In this document: positions 47,327 through 57,589 of the stretch, one piece after another
Layout of the letters: each line of letters begins with the position of its first letter
Position numbering within the stretch: position 1 is the stretch's first letter
Assembly: GCF_041915215.1 (NCBI RefSeq)
Contig: NZ_JAYSBV010000012.1
Reading direction: 5' to 3' (one strand)
From: Zoogloea sp.
GTDB taxonomy: Bacteria; Pseudomonadota; Gammaproteobacteria; Burkholderiales; Rhodocyclaceae
Length of the DNA: 64,000 bases
Position numbers and translations under genes: made by a program
The notes under the pieces: model-generated
Seen by the model: the letters and a program-made list of their open reading frames with translations, nothing else
Told to the model about the DNA's origin: nothing
Database searches by the model: none

Positions 47327-47367
47327 AGGCCCACCTGCCACAAATTTGTGGGGTGGGCCTGTTTATT
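47327..47367 (+). terminator. Rho-independent terminator (AGGCCCACC...GGTGGGCCT hairpin + T-rich tail)
   Basis: Long hairpin with an internal CACAAATTTGTG palindrome, followed by GTTTATTGCT. Confidence 0.55.
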
Positions 47368-47474
47368 GCTCGGAAATCTGCAAAAATCAGTGCTGTAACG
47401 TGCGTTCCGAGTGCTTTTGGGCCAGGCCATGGGGCCGTGCCCTGCTCCAAAACTACTCACTTTCGGGAATCATC

Positions 47475-48350
47475 ATGTCCATGAAACACCCCATCATCGT
47501 GGTGACAGGCTCCTCAGGGGCCGGCACCACCACGGTGAAGCACACCTTTGAAGGGATCTTCTGGCGCGAGAAGGTGAATGCGGCGGTCATCGAGGGGGAC
47601 AGCTTTCACCGCTACACCCGCGACGAGATCCGGGATCTGATCGTGGACGCCGAAAGCCGTGGGGAGCGGGGCATCAGCCATTTCGGCCCCGAAGCCAACC
47701 TGCTCGAAGAGCTGGAGCAGCTGTTCCGCTCCTACGGGGAAACCGGCACCGGGCGGCGGCGCCATTACGTGCACACCCCCGAAGAATCCCTTCGGCTGAA
47801 TGTTCCGATGGGCAACTTCGGCCCCTGGGAAAACCTGCCCGAAGACACCGACTGTCTGTTCTACGAGGGCCTGCACGGGGCCGTCATCACCGACAAGACC
47901 AACACCTGTCGCCACGCCGATCTACTGATCGGCGTCGTTCCAATCATCAACCTGGAGTGGATACAAAAGATCCACCGGGACACCAAAACCCGGGGCTATT
48001 CGCTTGAGGCGGTGCAGGAAACCATCCTGCGCCGGATGCACGACTACGTGCATTACATCGTCCCCCAGTTCTCCCACACCCACATCAACTTCCAGCGGGT
48101 GCCGATGGTGGACACCTCCAACCCCTTCATCGCCCGGGACATCCCGTCCCAGGATGAATCCATGGTGATCATCCGCTTCCGCGACCCCCGGGGCGTGGAT
48201 TTTCCCTACCTGCTGCGCATGATCCACGACAGCTTCATGTCCCGCGCCAACACCATCGTGGTGCCGGGCGGCAAGCTGGATCTGGCAATGCAGCTGATCC
48301 TGACGCCCCTCATCTGGAAGCTGATGGAACGCCGCCGCCAGTGGGTGTGA
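47475..48350 (+). CDS. prk: phosphoribulokinase
   Basis: MSMKHPIIVVTGSSGAGTTTVKHTFEGIF P-loop N-terminus and VVPIINLEWIQKIHRD, closely matching PRK/PrkB. Confidence 0.8.
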   Translation: MSMKHPIIVVTGSSGAGTTTVKHTFEGIFWREKVNAAVIEGDSFHRYTRDEIRDLIVDAESRGERGISHFGPEANLLEELEQLFRSYGETGTGRRRHYVHTPEESLRLNVPMGNFGPWENLPEDTDCLFYEGLHGAVITDKTNTCRHADLLIGVVPIINLEWIQKIHRDTKTRGYSLEAVQETILRRMHDYVHYIVPQFSHTHINFQRVPMVDTSNPFIARDIPSQDESMVIIRFRDPRGVDFPYLLRMIHDSFMSRANTIVVPGGKLDLAMQLILTPLIWKLMERRRQWV

Positions 48351-48395
48351 GGGTGACGCCTGGGCCAGGCGCCCCCCGCCGGGCCTCAACTGGCT

Positions 48396-50165
48396 TCAGC
48401 GGGCGCTGATGACCCGGCCACTCTCGGTACGCTGGTCGTCCCGGAACTCGCCTTCCCAGCCATCCCCACCGGGCCAGGTGATGCGCCCCTGGCCGTGCTT
48501 GCGCCCCATCACCCATTCACCTTCGTACAGGTTGCCGTTTTTCCAGAGATAGTTGCCCCGACCGTGGAAGACGCCGCGCACGAAGTCGCCGGTGTAGCGG
48601 TCGCCGCTGGCAAACACCATCACCCCTCGCCCGTGGGGCTGGCCATCCTGCACCGCACCTTCGTAGCGGTTCCCCCCCGGGAACTGGATGGTGCCCTGGC
48701 CCAGGGCTCGACCTTCCTGCCAGTCGCCTTCGTACCACTGGCCCGTGGTCCAGTTGAAGCGCCCGCGCCCTTGGCGCACCCCGTTCACCAAAGTCCCCTG
48801 AAAGCTTTCTCCGTTGGCCCACTCCACCCGCCCGGTGCCACTCACGATGCCACTCACCGGATCGGGGGTAAAGCGCCCGGTATAAGTGGTATCACCCGCC
48901 ACCAGCACACCTTCGGCGGGTGCCTGCGGGGCGGTGGGTGCCACCAACGCAGCACTGCTGGCCGGCGCCTGGGCTCCGCTCCGAGCGGGAGCTGCCGCCG
49001 GGGTCGTTGCAGCCGGCGCTGCACCTGCTACGGCGCTTGATGTAGCACTTGATGTGGTGCTTGCAGGAGCGGCTTGCGCGGCGGTATGTGTGGCCACAGG
49101 CGCTGCAGCTGCCGGCACCGGCCCGGCCTTGCGGCTGGCGTACTGGCTCATGGCCTGGGGTGGCAAGGGTGCACCCCGCTCCCGGGCCAGGGCGTCTGCG
49201 TTATTGCGGGCCTGGCTCTGGGGCGTACCCCGGCACTGGCTGGCAGCCTCGCGCCAGGCCACTTCAGCCCGGATCGAGAGCCCGTCCCGTTCGCTGGCGG
49301 GGGCCGTGACTGCCCCTTTGTAGCGCTGGCTCAGGTCGGTGGCTGCCTCCCACAGGGGGCCGCAGAATTCAGCGTTGTGGGCGTCCACCTGGGTCTGTTC
49401 GGCCTTGCGTTGGGCCTGTTGCTGGCGGGGGCCAGTGCATTTGTCGGCGGCCCCTTCCCAACCCAGCACCGCCTTCCCATACAGGGCCGATGCGTCTTCC
49501 CAGCGCTTTTCGCGCCAGGCACTACGGGCGTAATCCACCAGCGCCCCGGCACTCTTCCAGGCGGCGTCACACGCGGGGCCTGCACTCAACAGCTCGGCAT
49601 TGGCGGCCCGCTGGCGAATGGTGGCGGCCAGATTGCGTTCGGCCTTCTCCCGATTGGGGGGCAGGCACAGACTGGAAGCCTCCCGCCACAGGGTTTCCAC
49701 CTCGGCAAACAGGCGCTCCAGGGCGGCCGGTTCGGCCTGCTCGGCCCGGGCTGCAGCCACCCGCACCTCCAGCTCCAGGGCTTTGTCGAGGCGGGGTTGG
49801 CATTCGGTCTGGTGGGTGACCTGGGCTTCGGCCTGACGCAGCGCCTGCAGCACCTGTTCACCCTGGCGCTGGGCCTGGGGCGCTTGGGCGGCGCATTCGG
49901 CCCCCACCCGGCCAAACTGGCGGGAGGCTTCCCGCAGCAGGGGCAAGGCATCTTTCCAGCGCCGGACGGCGAGGAGTTCGCGCCCCCGTTCGCCCCCCGC
50001 CTCGGCCTCCTGGAGCAGTACCGGACAATCGGCCCCCGCACCGCCCGAAGACTCGGGGAGCAGCGCATCCCCCTGGGCCGCCACCGGCAGGGCGCAGCCC
50101 AGCAGCAGGGCGGAAAAACAGGCATCAAGCCGGAACATGGGCATCTTGGGTCGCATCATCATCAA
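48396..50165 (-). CDS. lipoprotein with C-terminal MORN repeats
   Basis: Lipobox ALLLGCA. Ala/Gln/Glu-rich helical middle. At least 6 MORN-type repeats (YEGDWQEGRALGQG, YTGDFVRGVFHGRG, YEGEWVMGRKHGQG). Confidence 0.6.
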   Translation of the reverse strand: MMMMRPKMPMFRLDACFSALLLGCALPVAAQGDALLPESSGGAGADCPVLLQEAEAGGERGRELLAVRRWKDALPLLREASRQFGRVGAECAAQAPQAQRQGEQVLQALRQAEAQVTHQTECQPRLDKALELEVRVAAARAEQAEPAALERLFAEVETLWREASSLCLPPNREKAERNLAATIRQRAANAELLSAGPACDAAWKSAGALVDYARSAWREKRWEDASALYGKAVLGWEGAADKCTGPRQQQAQRKAEQTQVDAHNAEFCGPLWEAATDLSQRYKGAVTAPASERDGLSIRAEVAWREAASQCRGTPQSQARNNADALARERGAPLPPQAMSQYASRKAGPVPAAAAPVATHTAAQAAPASTTSSATSSAVAGAAPAATTPAAAPARSGAQAPASSAALVAPTAPQAPAEGVLVAGDTTYTGRFTPDPVSGIVSGTGRVEWANGESFQGTLVNGVRQGRGRFNWTTGQWYEGDWQEGRALGQGTIQFPGGNRYEGAVQDGQPHGRGVMVFASGDRYTGDFVRGVFHGRGNYLWKNGNLYEGEWVMGRKHGQGRITWPGGDGWEGEFRDDQRTESGRVISAR

Positions 50166-51550
50166 TCGGCAGATTCGAGGGGCATGTGCAGCAGGGCATC
50201 CACCAGGCCGCCCCCTGGCGATCCAGCAGGACGCCCCTCATCAGCGTCGGAAGCCAAGGCCATGCCGGCCTGGCTGGTTTCTTCCATCTGGCTGGGCAAA
50301 TCGCCCAACTGGAGGGAAAACGCTTCCAGGGATTCACCCTTGAGCAGGGCAGTAAACAGATCCCGGCGCTGGGCCTGGGTGGCCAGACCGCCGTAATGCT
50401 GCAGGCGCTCCGGGTCGAGTACAAACACGTTGCTGACCTTGCCCAGATCCAGCAGTTTCTGGTGCAGGCTGGCTCCGGCCAAAGGGTCGCGCCCCAGACG
50501 CAGCATGCGGTCGAAGGCCCAACGATCTGCATCGTCAAAAGCGGTGGTCGCCACCCATGAAAGACTGGAGACTGACATCCCAACGCGTCCCATGAAGGTC
50601 GTGGTGAGCGCATTGGTTGCCTGACGTCCAACCGCTTTGGCCACCTCCTGCCCCACCCGCTGGGCGTAATCCTGGGCCGCCTGTTCGGCGATCTGACGCG
50701 CTGCTTCCTGAAGCGCCTGCTTGGCAGCCGCTTCGCTGGCAGACTTGGCCGCCGCCGCTGCAGCCGTCTGGGCCGCCTGGTTCACAGCCACCTTGGCCGC
50801 CTGGGCAGCCGCGTTAAGGCCCGTGGCCAGGGTGGCCAACTCGAACAGGGTGGACACGACCTCCTTGGTGTAGTGGAAGGTCTTCATGCGCCCGCCCCCT
50901 TCCTCGGACAGGCCTTGGCTCCAGAGCACCACCCACAGGGCTTCATCCTCACTCAGGCGGGGCTCGAACACCTCCAGGGGCTGCACGCTCATCAACCAGT
51001 GAAAATCCTGGTAGCCCGGGGTGAGGGGCGGGGCCAGACGGGTATAGCCCCGGCACACCTGCAGGGGGGTAATGGGCACCTGGCGCCCGCTGGCTGTGCG
51101 TACGGTGAAGGGTTTGCCGTTATCGCGCAGCTCGGCCAATTCGAGCAGCATCTTGTTGGCGTTATCCCGCCGGTAGCCGTTAAGCTCCACCAGCTTGTCG
51201 CCGGGCTCCAGCGCCAGCCCGGGGCTGGTCGCCACCACGGTCAGGCGCTCGTCCACCTGAAGCGCCCGCACCCAGGCCACTCGATCATTCTCGGGCCATT
51301 CATAGCTGGTGGCCACGCTGAAGGGTAGATCCCACTGCTGGCTGCAATCGGGATCCTTGAGCTGGGCGGCCCGCACAATGGCCGGCCGCAGGGCCCGTTC
51401 TCCGTGGCCCAACAGGCGCAGATTGGCGAGCAGAGCCTCGTCCACCTTGCGTCCGTCATCAACGGTATATTTCATCGAACTGCAAGCACTCAGCAGCAAG
51501 GCCAGCACACCGGCCAGCACGCGCCCTCCCTTGCACAGACCTCCCCCCAT
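50162..51550 (-). CDS. hypothetical lipoprotein (operon partner of the MORN lipoprotein)
   Basis: Lipobox LLLSAC. Ala-rich low-complexity block (AAQAAKVAVNQAAQTAAAAAAKSASEAAAKQ). 4-nt overlap with the downstream gene. Confidence 0.5.
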   Translation of the reverse strand: MGGGLCKGGRVLAGVLALLLSACSSMKYTVDDGRKVDEALLANLRLLGHGERALRPAIVRAAQLKDPDCSQQWDLPFSVATSYEWPENDRVAWVRALQVDERLTVVATSPGLALEPGDKLVELNGYRRDNANKMLLELAELRDNGKPFTVRTASGRQVPITPLQVCRGYTRLAPPLTPGYQDFHWLMSVQPLEVFEPRLSEDEALWVVLWSQGLSEEGGGRMKTFHYTKEVVSTLFELATLATGLNAAAQAAKVAVNQAAQTAAAAAAKSASEAAAKQALQEAARQIAEQAAQDYAQRVGQEVAKAVGRQATNALTTTFMGRVGMSVSSLSWVATTAFDDADRWAFDRMLRLGRDPLAGASLHQKLLDLGKVSNVFVLDPERLQHYGGLATQAQRRDLFTALLKGESLEAFSLQLGDLPSQMEETSQAGMALASDADEGRPAGSPGGGLVDALLHMPLESAD

Positions 51551-51725
51551 CGCAGTCTCCCCAAACCGGCATATGCTTTCGAATTTGTAAGATTATGCCG
51601 CAAGCGCAGGCCCACCCGCATATCCGGTGAAATGGGGGCCGTTTTCCTGCAGCGCTACCCAAGTACCGGAAAATCAACGATAATCACGGTCTTTGCGTGC
51701 CGTTCTCCGGCCCAAGGTTCTTGCG

Positions 51726-53759
51726 ATGTCTTCTACGCGTAACGTCAAGCTGCCTGTCTTCAATCCTCTGACTGGCGCTATCCGCGCGCTGGCCATGGAC
51801 GCCGTCCAAAAGGCCAATTCCGGTCACCCCGGTGCTCCCCTCGGCATGGCCGAAATCGCTGAAGTGCTGTGGCGCCGTCATCTGCGCCACAACCCGGCCA
51901 ACCCGCAATGGGCCGACCGGGACCGCTTCGTGCAATCCAACGGCCACGGCTCCATGCTGATCTACAGCCTGCTGCACCTGACCGGCTACGATCTGTCCAT
52001 CGACGACCTCAAGAACTTCCGCCAGCTGCACAGCAAGACCCCGGGCCACCCCGAAGTGGGCTACACCCCCGGCGTCGAAACCACCACCGGCCCCCTGGGC
52101 CAGGGCATCACCAACGCCGTGGGCATGGCCCTGGCTGAAAAGATTCTGGCCGACAGTTTCAACCGCCCCGGCCACGACATCGTCAACCACTACACCTACG
52201 TGTTCCTGGGTGATGGCTGCCTGATGGAAGGCGTGTCCCACGAAGCCTGCTCCCTGGCCGGCACTTGGGGCCTGGGCAAGCTGATCGCTTTCTACGACGA
52301 CAACAACATCTCCATCGACGGCCACGTCGAAGGCTGGTTCACCGACGACACCCCCAAGCGCTTCGAAGCCTACGGCTGGCATGTGGTGCGGGACGTGCAA
52401 GGCCACGATCCGGTCGAGATCGAAGCCGCCCTGAAGGCCGCCCAGGCTGAAACCGGCAAGCCCACCCTGATCTGCTGCAAGACCGTGATCGGTGCCGGCT
52501 CCCCCAACAAACAGGACAGCCACGACGTGCACGGCGCCCCCCTGGGTGCTGCCGAAATCGAAGCGGCCCGCGCCTACATCGGCTGGACCCACGCCCCCTT
52601 CGAAATCCCCGCTGACGTTTACGCCGCCTGGGATGCGCGTGAAAAGGGTGCCGCTGCCGAAGCAGAATGGAATACCCGCTTCGACGCCTACGCCGCCGAG
52701 TTCCCCGAACTGGCCGCCGAATTCAAGCGTCGCATGGCCGGCGAGCTGCCCGCCGACTGGGCAGCCCACGTCGAGAGCGTGATTGGCCAGGTCACTGCCA
52801 AGGGCGAAACCATCGCCACCCGCAAGGCCAGCCAGAACGCCATTCAGGCCTTCGCCCCCAAGCTGCCCGAACTGCTGGGCGGCTCCGCCGACCTGGCCGG
52901 CTCCAACCTGACCCTGTGGTCCGGCGCCAAGGGCGTGAGCCGTGAAACCGGCGGCAACTACGTGTATTACGGCGTGCGCGAGTTCGGCATGGCAGCCATT
53001 GCCAACGGCGCGGCCCTGCACGGCGGCCTGATCCCCTACACCGCCACTTTCCTGATGTTCTCCGAGTACGCCCGCAATGCCCTGCGCATGGCGGCGCTGA
53101 TGAAGGTGCGTCAGGTGTTCGTGTTCACCCACGACTCCATCGGCCTGGGCGAAGATGGCCCCACCCACCAGCCGGTCGAACAAATCGCCACCCTGCGCCT
53201 GATCCCCAACATGGACGTGTGGCGCCCCTGCGACACCACCGAATCCGCAGTGGCTTGGGCCGCCTCCATCGAACGCAAAGATGGCCCCTCTTCCCTTGCC
53301 TTCTCCCGCCAGAACCTCCCGTTCGTGACCCGGGATGGCGAGCAAGTGGCCAATATCCGGCGCGGCGGCTATGTTCTGAGCGAAGCGGCGGGCAATGATT
53401 CACAGTCTGTAACCGCACAAGCCGTTATCATTGCGACCGGCTCCGAAGTCGCGCTGGCGCTGGCCGCGCAGCAACAGCTCGCCCAAGAAGGCATTGCCAC
53501 CCGCGTGGTGTCCATGCCCAACACCAACGCCTTCGACCGGCAGGATGCAGCCTACAAGGCCAGCGTGCTGCCTAAGGGTCTGCCGCGGGTTGCGGTGGAA
53601 GCCGGTGTTACCGACATCTGGCGCAAGTATGTGGGCCTGGAAGGTGAAGTGATCGGGATCGACCGCTTCGGCGAATCCGCCCCGGCCGGCGAGCTGTTCA
53701 AGTATTTCGGCATCACCACCGACGCCGTTGTGGCTGCGGTGAAGAAGGTTCTGGCCTGA
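51726..53759 (+). CDS. tkt: transketolase
   Basis: [33 protein letters not shown]-terminus. About 677 aa. Confidence 0.9.
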   Translation: MSSTRNVKLPVFNPLTGAIRALAMDAVQKANSGHPGAPLGMAEIAEVLWRRHLRHNPANPQWADRDRFVQSNGHGSMLIYSLLHLTGYDLSIDDLKNFRQLHSKTPGHPEVGYTPGVETTTGPLGQGITNAVGMALAEKILADSFNRPGHDIVNHYTYVFLGDGCLMEGVSHEACSLAGTWGLGKLIAFYDDNNISIDGHVEGWFTDDTPKRFEAYGWHVVRDVQGHDPVEIEAALKAAQAETGKPTLICCKTVIGAGSPNKQDSHDVHGAPLGAAEIEAARAYIGWTHAPFEIPADVYAAWDAREKGAAAEAEWNTRFDAYAAEFPELAAEFKRRMAGELPADWAAHVESVIGQVTAKGETIATRKASQNAIQAFAPKLPELLGGSADLAGSNLTLWSGAKGVSRETGGNYVYYGVREFGMAAIANGAALHGGLIPYTATFLMFSEYARNALRMAALMKVRQVFVFTHDSIGLGEDGPTHQPVEQIATLRLIPNMDVWRPCDTTESAVAWAASIERKDGPSSLAFSRQNLPFVTRDGEQVANIRRGGYVLSEAAGNDSQSVTAQAVIIATGSEVALALAAQQQLAQEGIATRVVSMPNTNAFDRQDAAYKASVLPKGLPRVAVEAGVTDIWRKYVGLEGEVIGIDRFGESAPAGELFKYFGITTDAVVAAVKKVLA

Positions 53760-53870
53760 TCCTGCGGGGTCGGGTCCGGCCCCCCAAAAAGCTTTCCGGC
53801 GCTGCCCCGAGGCGGCGCCGAACTGAATCCGGTTTCAAGTGCATTTAGATTTGTCTAGGGAGAAGAATCG

Positions 53871-54899
53871 ATGAGCATCAAGGTCGCCATCAACGGTTTC
53901 GGTCGTATCGGTCGCTGCACGCTGCGCGCCATCTACGAGCAAGGTCTGCAAAACGAATTTGAAGTGGTCGCCATCAACGCCTCCGGCGATCTGGCCACCA
54001 ACGCCCACCTGCTGAAGTACGACACCACCCACGGTCGCTTCGCTACCTCCGTGGAAACCGAAGGCGAAAACACCATCATCATCGATGGCAAGAAGATCCC
54101 CTTCTACTCCACCAAAGATCCCAAGGGCGTGAACTGGGGCAGCCACGGCGTGGACGTGCTGCTCGAATGTACCGGCGCCTACACCACCAAGGCCAAGGCC
54201 CAAGCCCTGCTGGAGCAAGGTGCCAAGCGCGTGCTGATCTCCGCCCCCGGCGGTGATGACGTGGACACCACCATCGTCATGGGCGTGAACGAAGGCGACC
54301 TGAAGGGCGAATTCACCGTCGTCTCCAACGCCTCCTGCACCACCAACTGCCTGGCCCCCGTGGCCAAGATCCTGGCTGACAGCGTTGGCATCAAGCAAGG
54401 CCTGATGACCACCATCCACGCCTACACCAACGACCAGGTCACCGTGGACGTGCGCCACAAGGATCTGCGCCGCGCCCGCGCCGCTGCCGCCAACATCATC
54501 CCCACCAAGACCGGCGCCGCCAAGGCCGTGGGTCTGGTGCTGCCCCAACTGAAGGGCAAGGTGGATGGTTTCGCCCTGCGCGTGCCGACCATCAACGTCT
54601 CCCTGGTGGATCTGACCTTCACCGCCGAGCGCGCCACCACCAAGGAAGAAATCAACGAGCTGATGACCGCCGCCGCCAATGGCCCCCTGAAGGGCATCCT
54701 GGCTGTGAACACCGATCCGCTGGTTTCCTCCGACTTCAACCACACCACCGTGTCCTCCACCTTCGACGCCACCCAAACCCGCGTCATCAAGGGTGAAGAC
54801 GGTTCCACCCTGGTCAAGGTGCTGGCCTGGTACGACAACGAGTGGGGCTACTCCTGCCGCATGCTGGACGCTGCCCGCGCCTTCGTGAACGCCAAGTAA
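53871..54899 (+). CDS. gap: glyceraldehyde-3-phosphate dehydrogenase (type I; could be an Epd-like paralogue)
   Basis: [12 protein letters not shown] motif and [12 protein letters not shown] catalytic Cys motif. Confidence 0.9.
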   Translation: MSIKVAINGFGRIGRCTLRAIYEQGLQNEFEVVAINASGDLATNAHLLKYDTTHGRFATSVETEGENTIIIDGKKIPFYSTKDPKGVNWGSHGVDVLLECTGAYTTKAKAQALLEQGAKRVLISAPGGDDVDTTIVMGVNEGDLKGEFTVVSNASCTTNCLAPVAKILADSVGIKQGLMTTIHAYTNDQVTVDVRHKDLRRARAAAANIIPTKTGAAKAVGLVLPQLKGKVDGFALRVPTINVSLVDLTFTAERATTKEEINELMTAAANGPLKGILAVNTDPLVSSDFNHTTVSSTFDATQTRVIKGEDGSTLVKVLAWYDNEWGYSCRMLDAARAFVNAK

Positions 54900-54911
54900 G
54901 CAGCAAGAATC

Positions 54912-54942
54912 GGCGGGGAGCCTGGCTCCCCGCCCTTTTTTT
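54912..54942 (+). terminator. Rho-independent terminator (GGCGGGGAGC-CTG-GCTCCCCGCC + T7)
   Basis: Perfect 10-bp stem followed by a T-run after gap. Confidence 0.65.
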
Positions 54943-54995
54943 GCCCATTGTTTGCCCTCACCCCACTCCTTTTCGGAACACCACGGAACACGATC

Positions 54996-56180
54996 ATGCA
55001 AGTCAAGAAACTCACCGACCTCGACGTCAACGGCAAGCGCGTCTTCATCCGCGCTGACCTGAACGTGCCCCAGGACGACGCCGGCAACATCACCGAAGAC
55101 ACCCGCATCCGCGCCTCCATTCCCTCCATCAAGTACGCCCTGGACGGCGGCGCTGCCGTGATGGTCACCTCCCACCTGGGTCGCCCCACCGAAGGCGAAC
55201 TCAAGGCCGACGACACCCTGGCCCCCGTGGCCGTGCGTCTGGGCCAGCTGCTGGGCAAGCCCGTGCGCCTGATCCAGAACTGGGTTGACGGTGGCTTTGA
55301 AGTGGCCCCGGGCGAAGTGGTGCTGCTCGAAAACTGCCGCTGCAACAAGGGCGAAAAGAAGGACAACGAAGAGCTGGCCAAGAAAATGGCCGCCCTGTGC
55401 GATGTCTACGTGAACGATGCCTTCGGTACCGCCCACCGGGCCGAAGCCACCACCCACGGCATCGCCCGCTTCGCCCCCGTGGCCTGCGCCGGCATCCTGA
55501 TGGGCGCCGAAATCGACGCCCTGGGCAAGGCCCTGCACGCCCCGGCCCGCCCCCTGGTGGCCATCGTGGGTGGTTCCAAGGTCTCTTCCAAGCTGACCAT
55601 CCTCAAGTCCCTGGCCGACAAGGTGGACCAACTGATCGTCGGTGGCGGCATCGCCAACACTTTCCTGCTGGCCTCCGGCAAGCGCATCGGCGAATCCCTG
55701 GCCGAGCCCGAGCTGGTCAAGGAAGCCCAGGCCATCATCGACATGATGAAGGCCCGTGGCGCCGAAGTGCCCCTGCCCGTCGACGTGGTGGTGGCGGATG
55801 AAGTCTCCGCCATGGCCCGCGCCAACAAGGTGTCGGTGGATGACGTCGGCCCCCACGACCGCATTCTGGACGTGGGCCCCAAGACCGCTGCCAAGCTGTC
55901 TGACATCATCGCCCACGCAGGCACCATCGTCTGGAACGGCCCGGTGGGCGTGTTCGAACTGCCCCAGTTTGCTGGCGGCACCAAGATGATGGCTTCCGCC
56001 ATTGCCCACTCCGAGGCTTTCTCGATTGCCGGTGGTGGCGACACCCTGGCCGCCATCGCCAAGTTCGACATCGCGGGCGATGTGGGTTACATCTCCACCG
56101 GCGGCGGCGCCTTCCTCGAGTTCCTGGAAGGCAAGACCCTGCCCGCCATCGCAGCCCTGGAAGAACGCTTCAAGGACTGA
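54996..56180 (+). CDS. pgk: phosphoglycerate kinase
   Basis: [26 protein letters not shown]-terminus. 394 aa. Confidence 0.9.
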   Translation: MQVKKLTDLDVNGKRVFIRADLNVPQDDAGNITEDTRIRASIPSIKYALDGGAAVMVTSHLGRPTEGELKADDTLAPVAVRLGQLLGKPVRLIQNWVDGGFEVAPGEVVLLENCRCNKGEKKDNEELAKKMAALCDVYVNDAFGTAHRAEATTHGIARFAPVACAGILMGAEIDALGKALHAPARPLVAIVGGSKVSSKLTILKSLADKVDQLIVGGGIANTFLLASGKRIGESLAEPELVKEAQAIIDMMKARGAEVPLPVDVVVADEVSAMARANKVSVDDVGPHDRILDVGPKTAAKLSDIIAHAGTIVWNGPVGVFELPQFAGGTKMMASAIAHSEAFSIAGGGDTLAAIAKFDIAGDVGYISTGGGAFLEFLEGKTLPAIAALEERFKD

Positions 56181-56226
56181 ACGCCGCCAAGCTGCCGTTA
56201 GCACACCGACGGCATCCAACGGCCAT

Positions 56227-56251
56227 GCGACCCTGCGGGGTCGCATTTTTT
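56227..56251 (+). terminator. Rho-independent terminator (GCGACCC-TGCG-GGGTCGC + T6)
   Basis: Hairpin and T-run after pgk. Confidence 0.65.
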
Positions 56252-56326
56252 GTACACGACATTTCCAACAGCACGCACAATTGCGGGAATCCCTAAACTT
56301 GCCTTGTCTGCGTTGGCCCCTCCTTC

Positions 56327-57520
56327 ATGCGTGATTCGGTTCCAGGCCTTGCTTATCCCTCCAACCGTCTGCTGGGCGCCGTACTTCTGTTCCTGATCCT
56401 GGATCTAAGCGTTTTGCTGATCAATCTATGGATTGCGAACGAGGTCGCCTGCAATGCGGTCGCCATCAACCTGGCGGGCCGCCAGCGCATGCTTTCCCAA
56501 CAAATCAGCAAGAATCTACTCCTGCTGACCCAAACCGACCCCCAGCAAGTCCCACCGGGCACCCGCCAGGAACTCAACCAGGGCTTGTACCTCTTCCAGC
56601 AAACCTTGAGCGCCTTTGCCGAAGGCAGCACCGCCACCGACACCACCCTCCAGCCGGTAGCCCTACGCGCCGTCGAGGGCGAAGCGGCGCTCCTGGTGAG
56701 TCGCACCCGCCTCCTGATTCAACCCCTCACCCGCCTGCTCCACAGCGCTCATCCAGGGCCCACCTCAGACCCCAGCGTACTGCAGCCCGCCAACCGCTAT
56801 ATGGTGGAACATAATCGGGAAATCCTCGATCTCATGAACCGCCTGACCTGGCGCTTGGAAGAGGATGCCCGCCAGCGCACCCGAACCCTCCAGATCGTGC
56901 AGGTGTGTGCTTTCACCCTGGCTATTGGCAATTTCGCAGCCATCATGATCTGCATGCTCAGACGCATGCGCCAAGCCGAACGCCAACGGCGCGAATGGCA
57001 AGATGCGGCTTACCACGATCCGCTCACCGGCCTCCTCAATCGCCATGGCCTCGAAACCAAGGCCCGTCACCTGCTCGCCGATGGGCACACCCAGGGCACC
57101 CTGTTGCTGCTGGATCTGGACGGCTTCAAACCCATCAACGATCTCCACGGCCACCCCACCGGGGATCTGGTATTGAAATACGTGGCCCAGGCCCTCCGGC
57201 AGGTGGCACGCAATACCGACCTGCTCGCCCGCATGGGCGGCGATGAATTCGTCCTCATTTGCCCTCGCATCGACCAAGCCGATGCGGTGCAGCATCTATG
57301 CAACCGGCTGCTGGATGCCATTGCCCGAGTCAGCCTGCCCGATCACCCCATTCATCTGCGGGTCAGCATTGGCGCAGCCTTCTTTCCTCGCCAAGCCGCC
57401 CACTTGCCCGAATTGATCAGAATCGCCGATCAGGCCATGTATCTTTCCAAACGGGACGGGGGGCAACGCTGGAGCCTGGCCCCCCAGAGCGCCCCTGTCG
57501 CAAACCCGACAGCCCGCTAA
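56327..57520 (+). CDS. membrane sensor diguanylate cyclase (NarX/PilJ-type P-box sensor domain + GGDEF)
   Basis: AINLAGRQRMLSQQISKNLLLL sensor motif between two TM segments. GGDEF motif RMGGDEFVLI. Confidence 0.8.
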   Translation: MRDSVPGLAYPSNRLLGAVLLFLILDLSVLLINLWIANEVACNAVAINLAGRQRMLSQQISKNLLLLTQTDPQQVPPGTRQELNQGLYLFQQTLSAFAEGSTATDTTLQPVALRAVEGEAALLVSRTRLLIQPLTRLLHSAHPGPTSDPSVLQPANRYMVEHNREILDLMNRLTWRLEEDARQRTRTLQIVQVCAFTLAIGNFAAIMICMLRRMRQAERQRREWQDAAYHDPLTGLLNRHGLETKARHLLADGHTQGTLLLLDLDGFKPINDLHGHPTGDLVLKYVAQALRQVARNTDLLARMGGDEFVLICPRIDQADAVQHLCNRLLDAIARVSLPDHPIHLRVSIGAAFFPRQAAHLPELIRIADQAMYLSKRDGGQRWSLAPQSAPVANPTAR

Positions 57521-57589
57521 GCCTCTCGCCTGCATCCTCCGCGTCAATACTCGGGTTTTGCCTGCAAAACCACATGGCACCCCGCTTGC

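Noticed and set aside
53795-53835. Imperfect inverted repeat CGGCGCTGCC/GGCGGCGCCG between tkt and gap
   Set aside because: It has one mismatch and no U-tract. It is probably just GC-rich sequence rather than a terminator.
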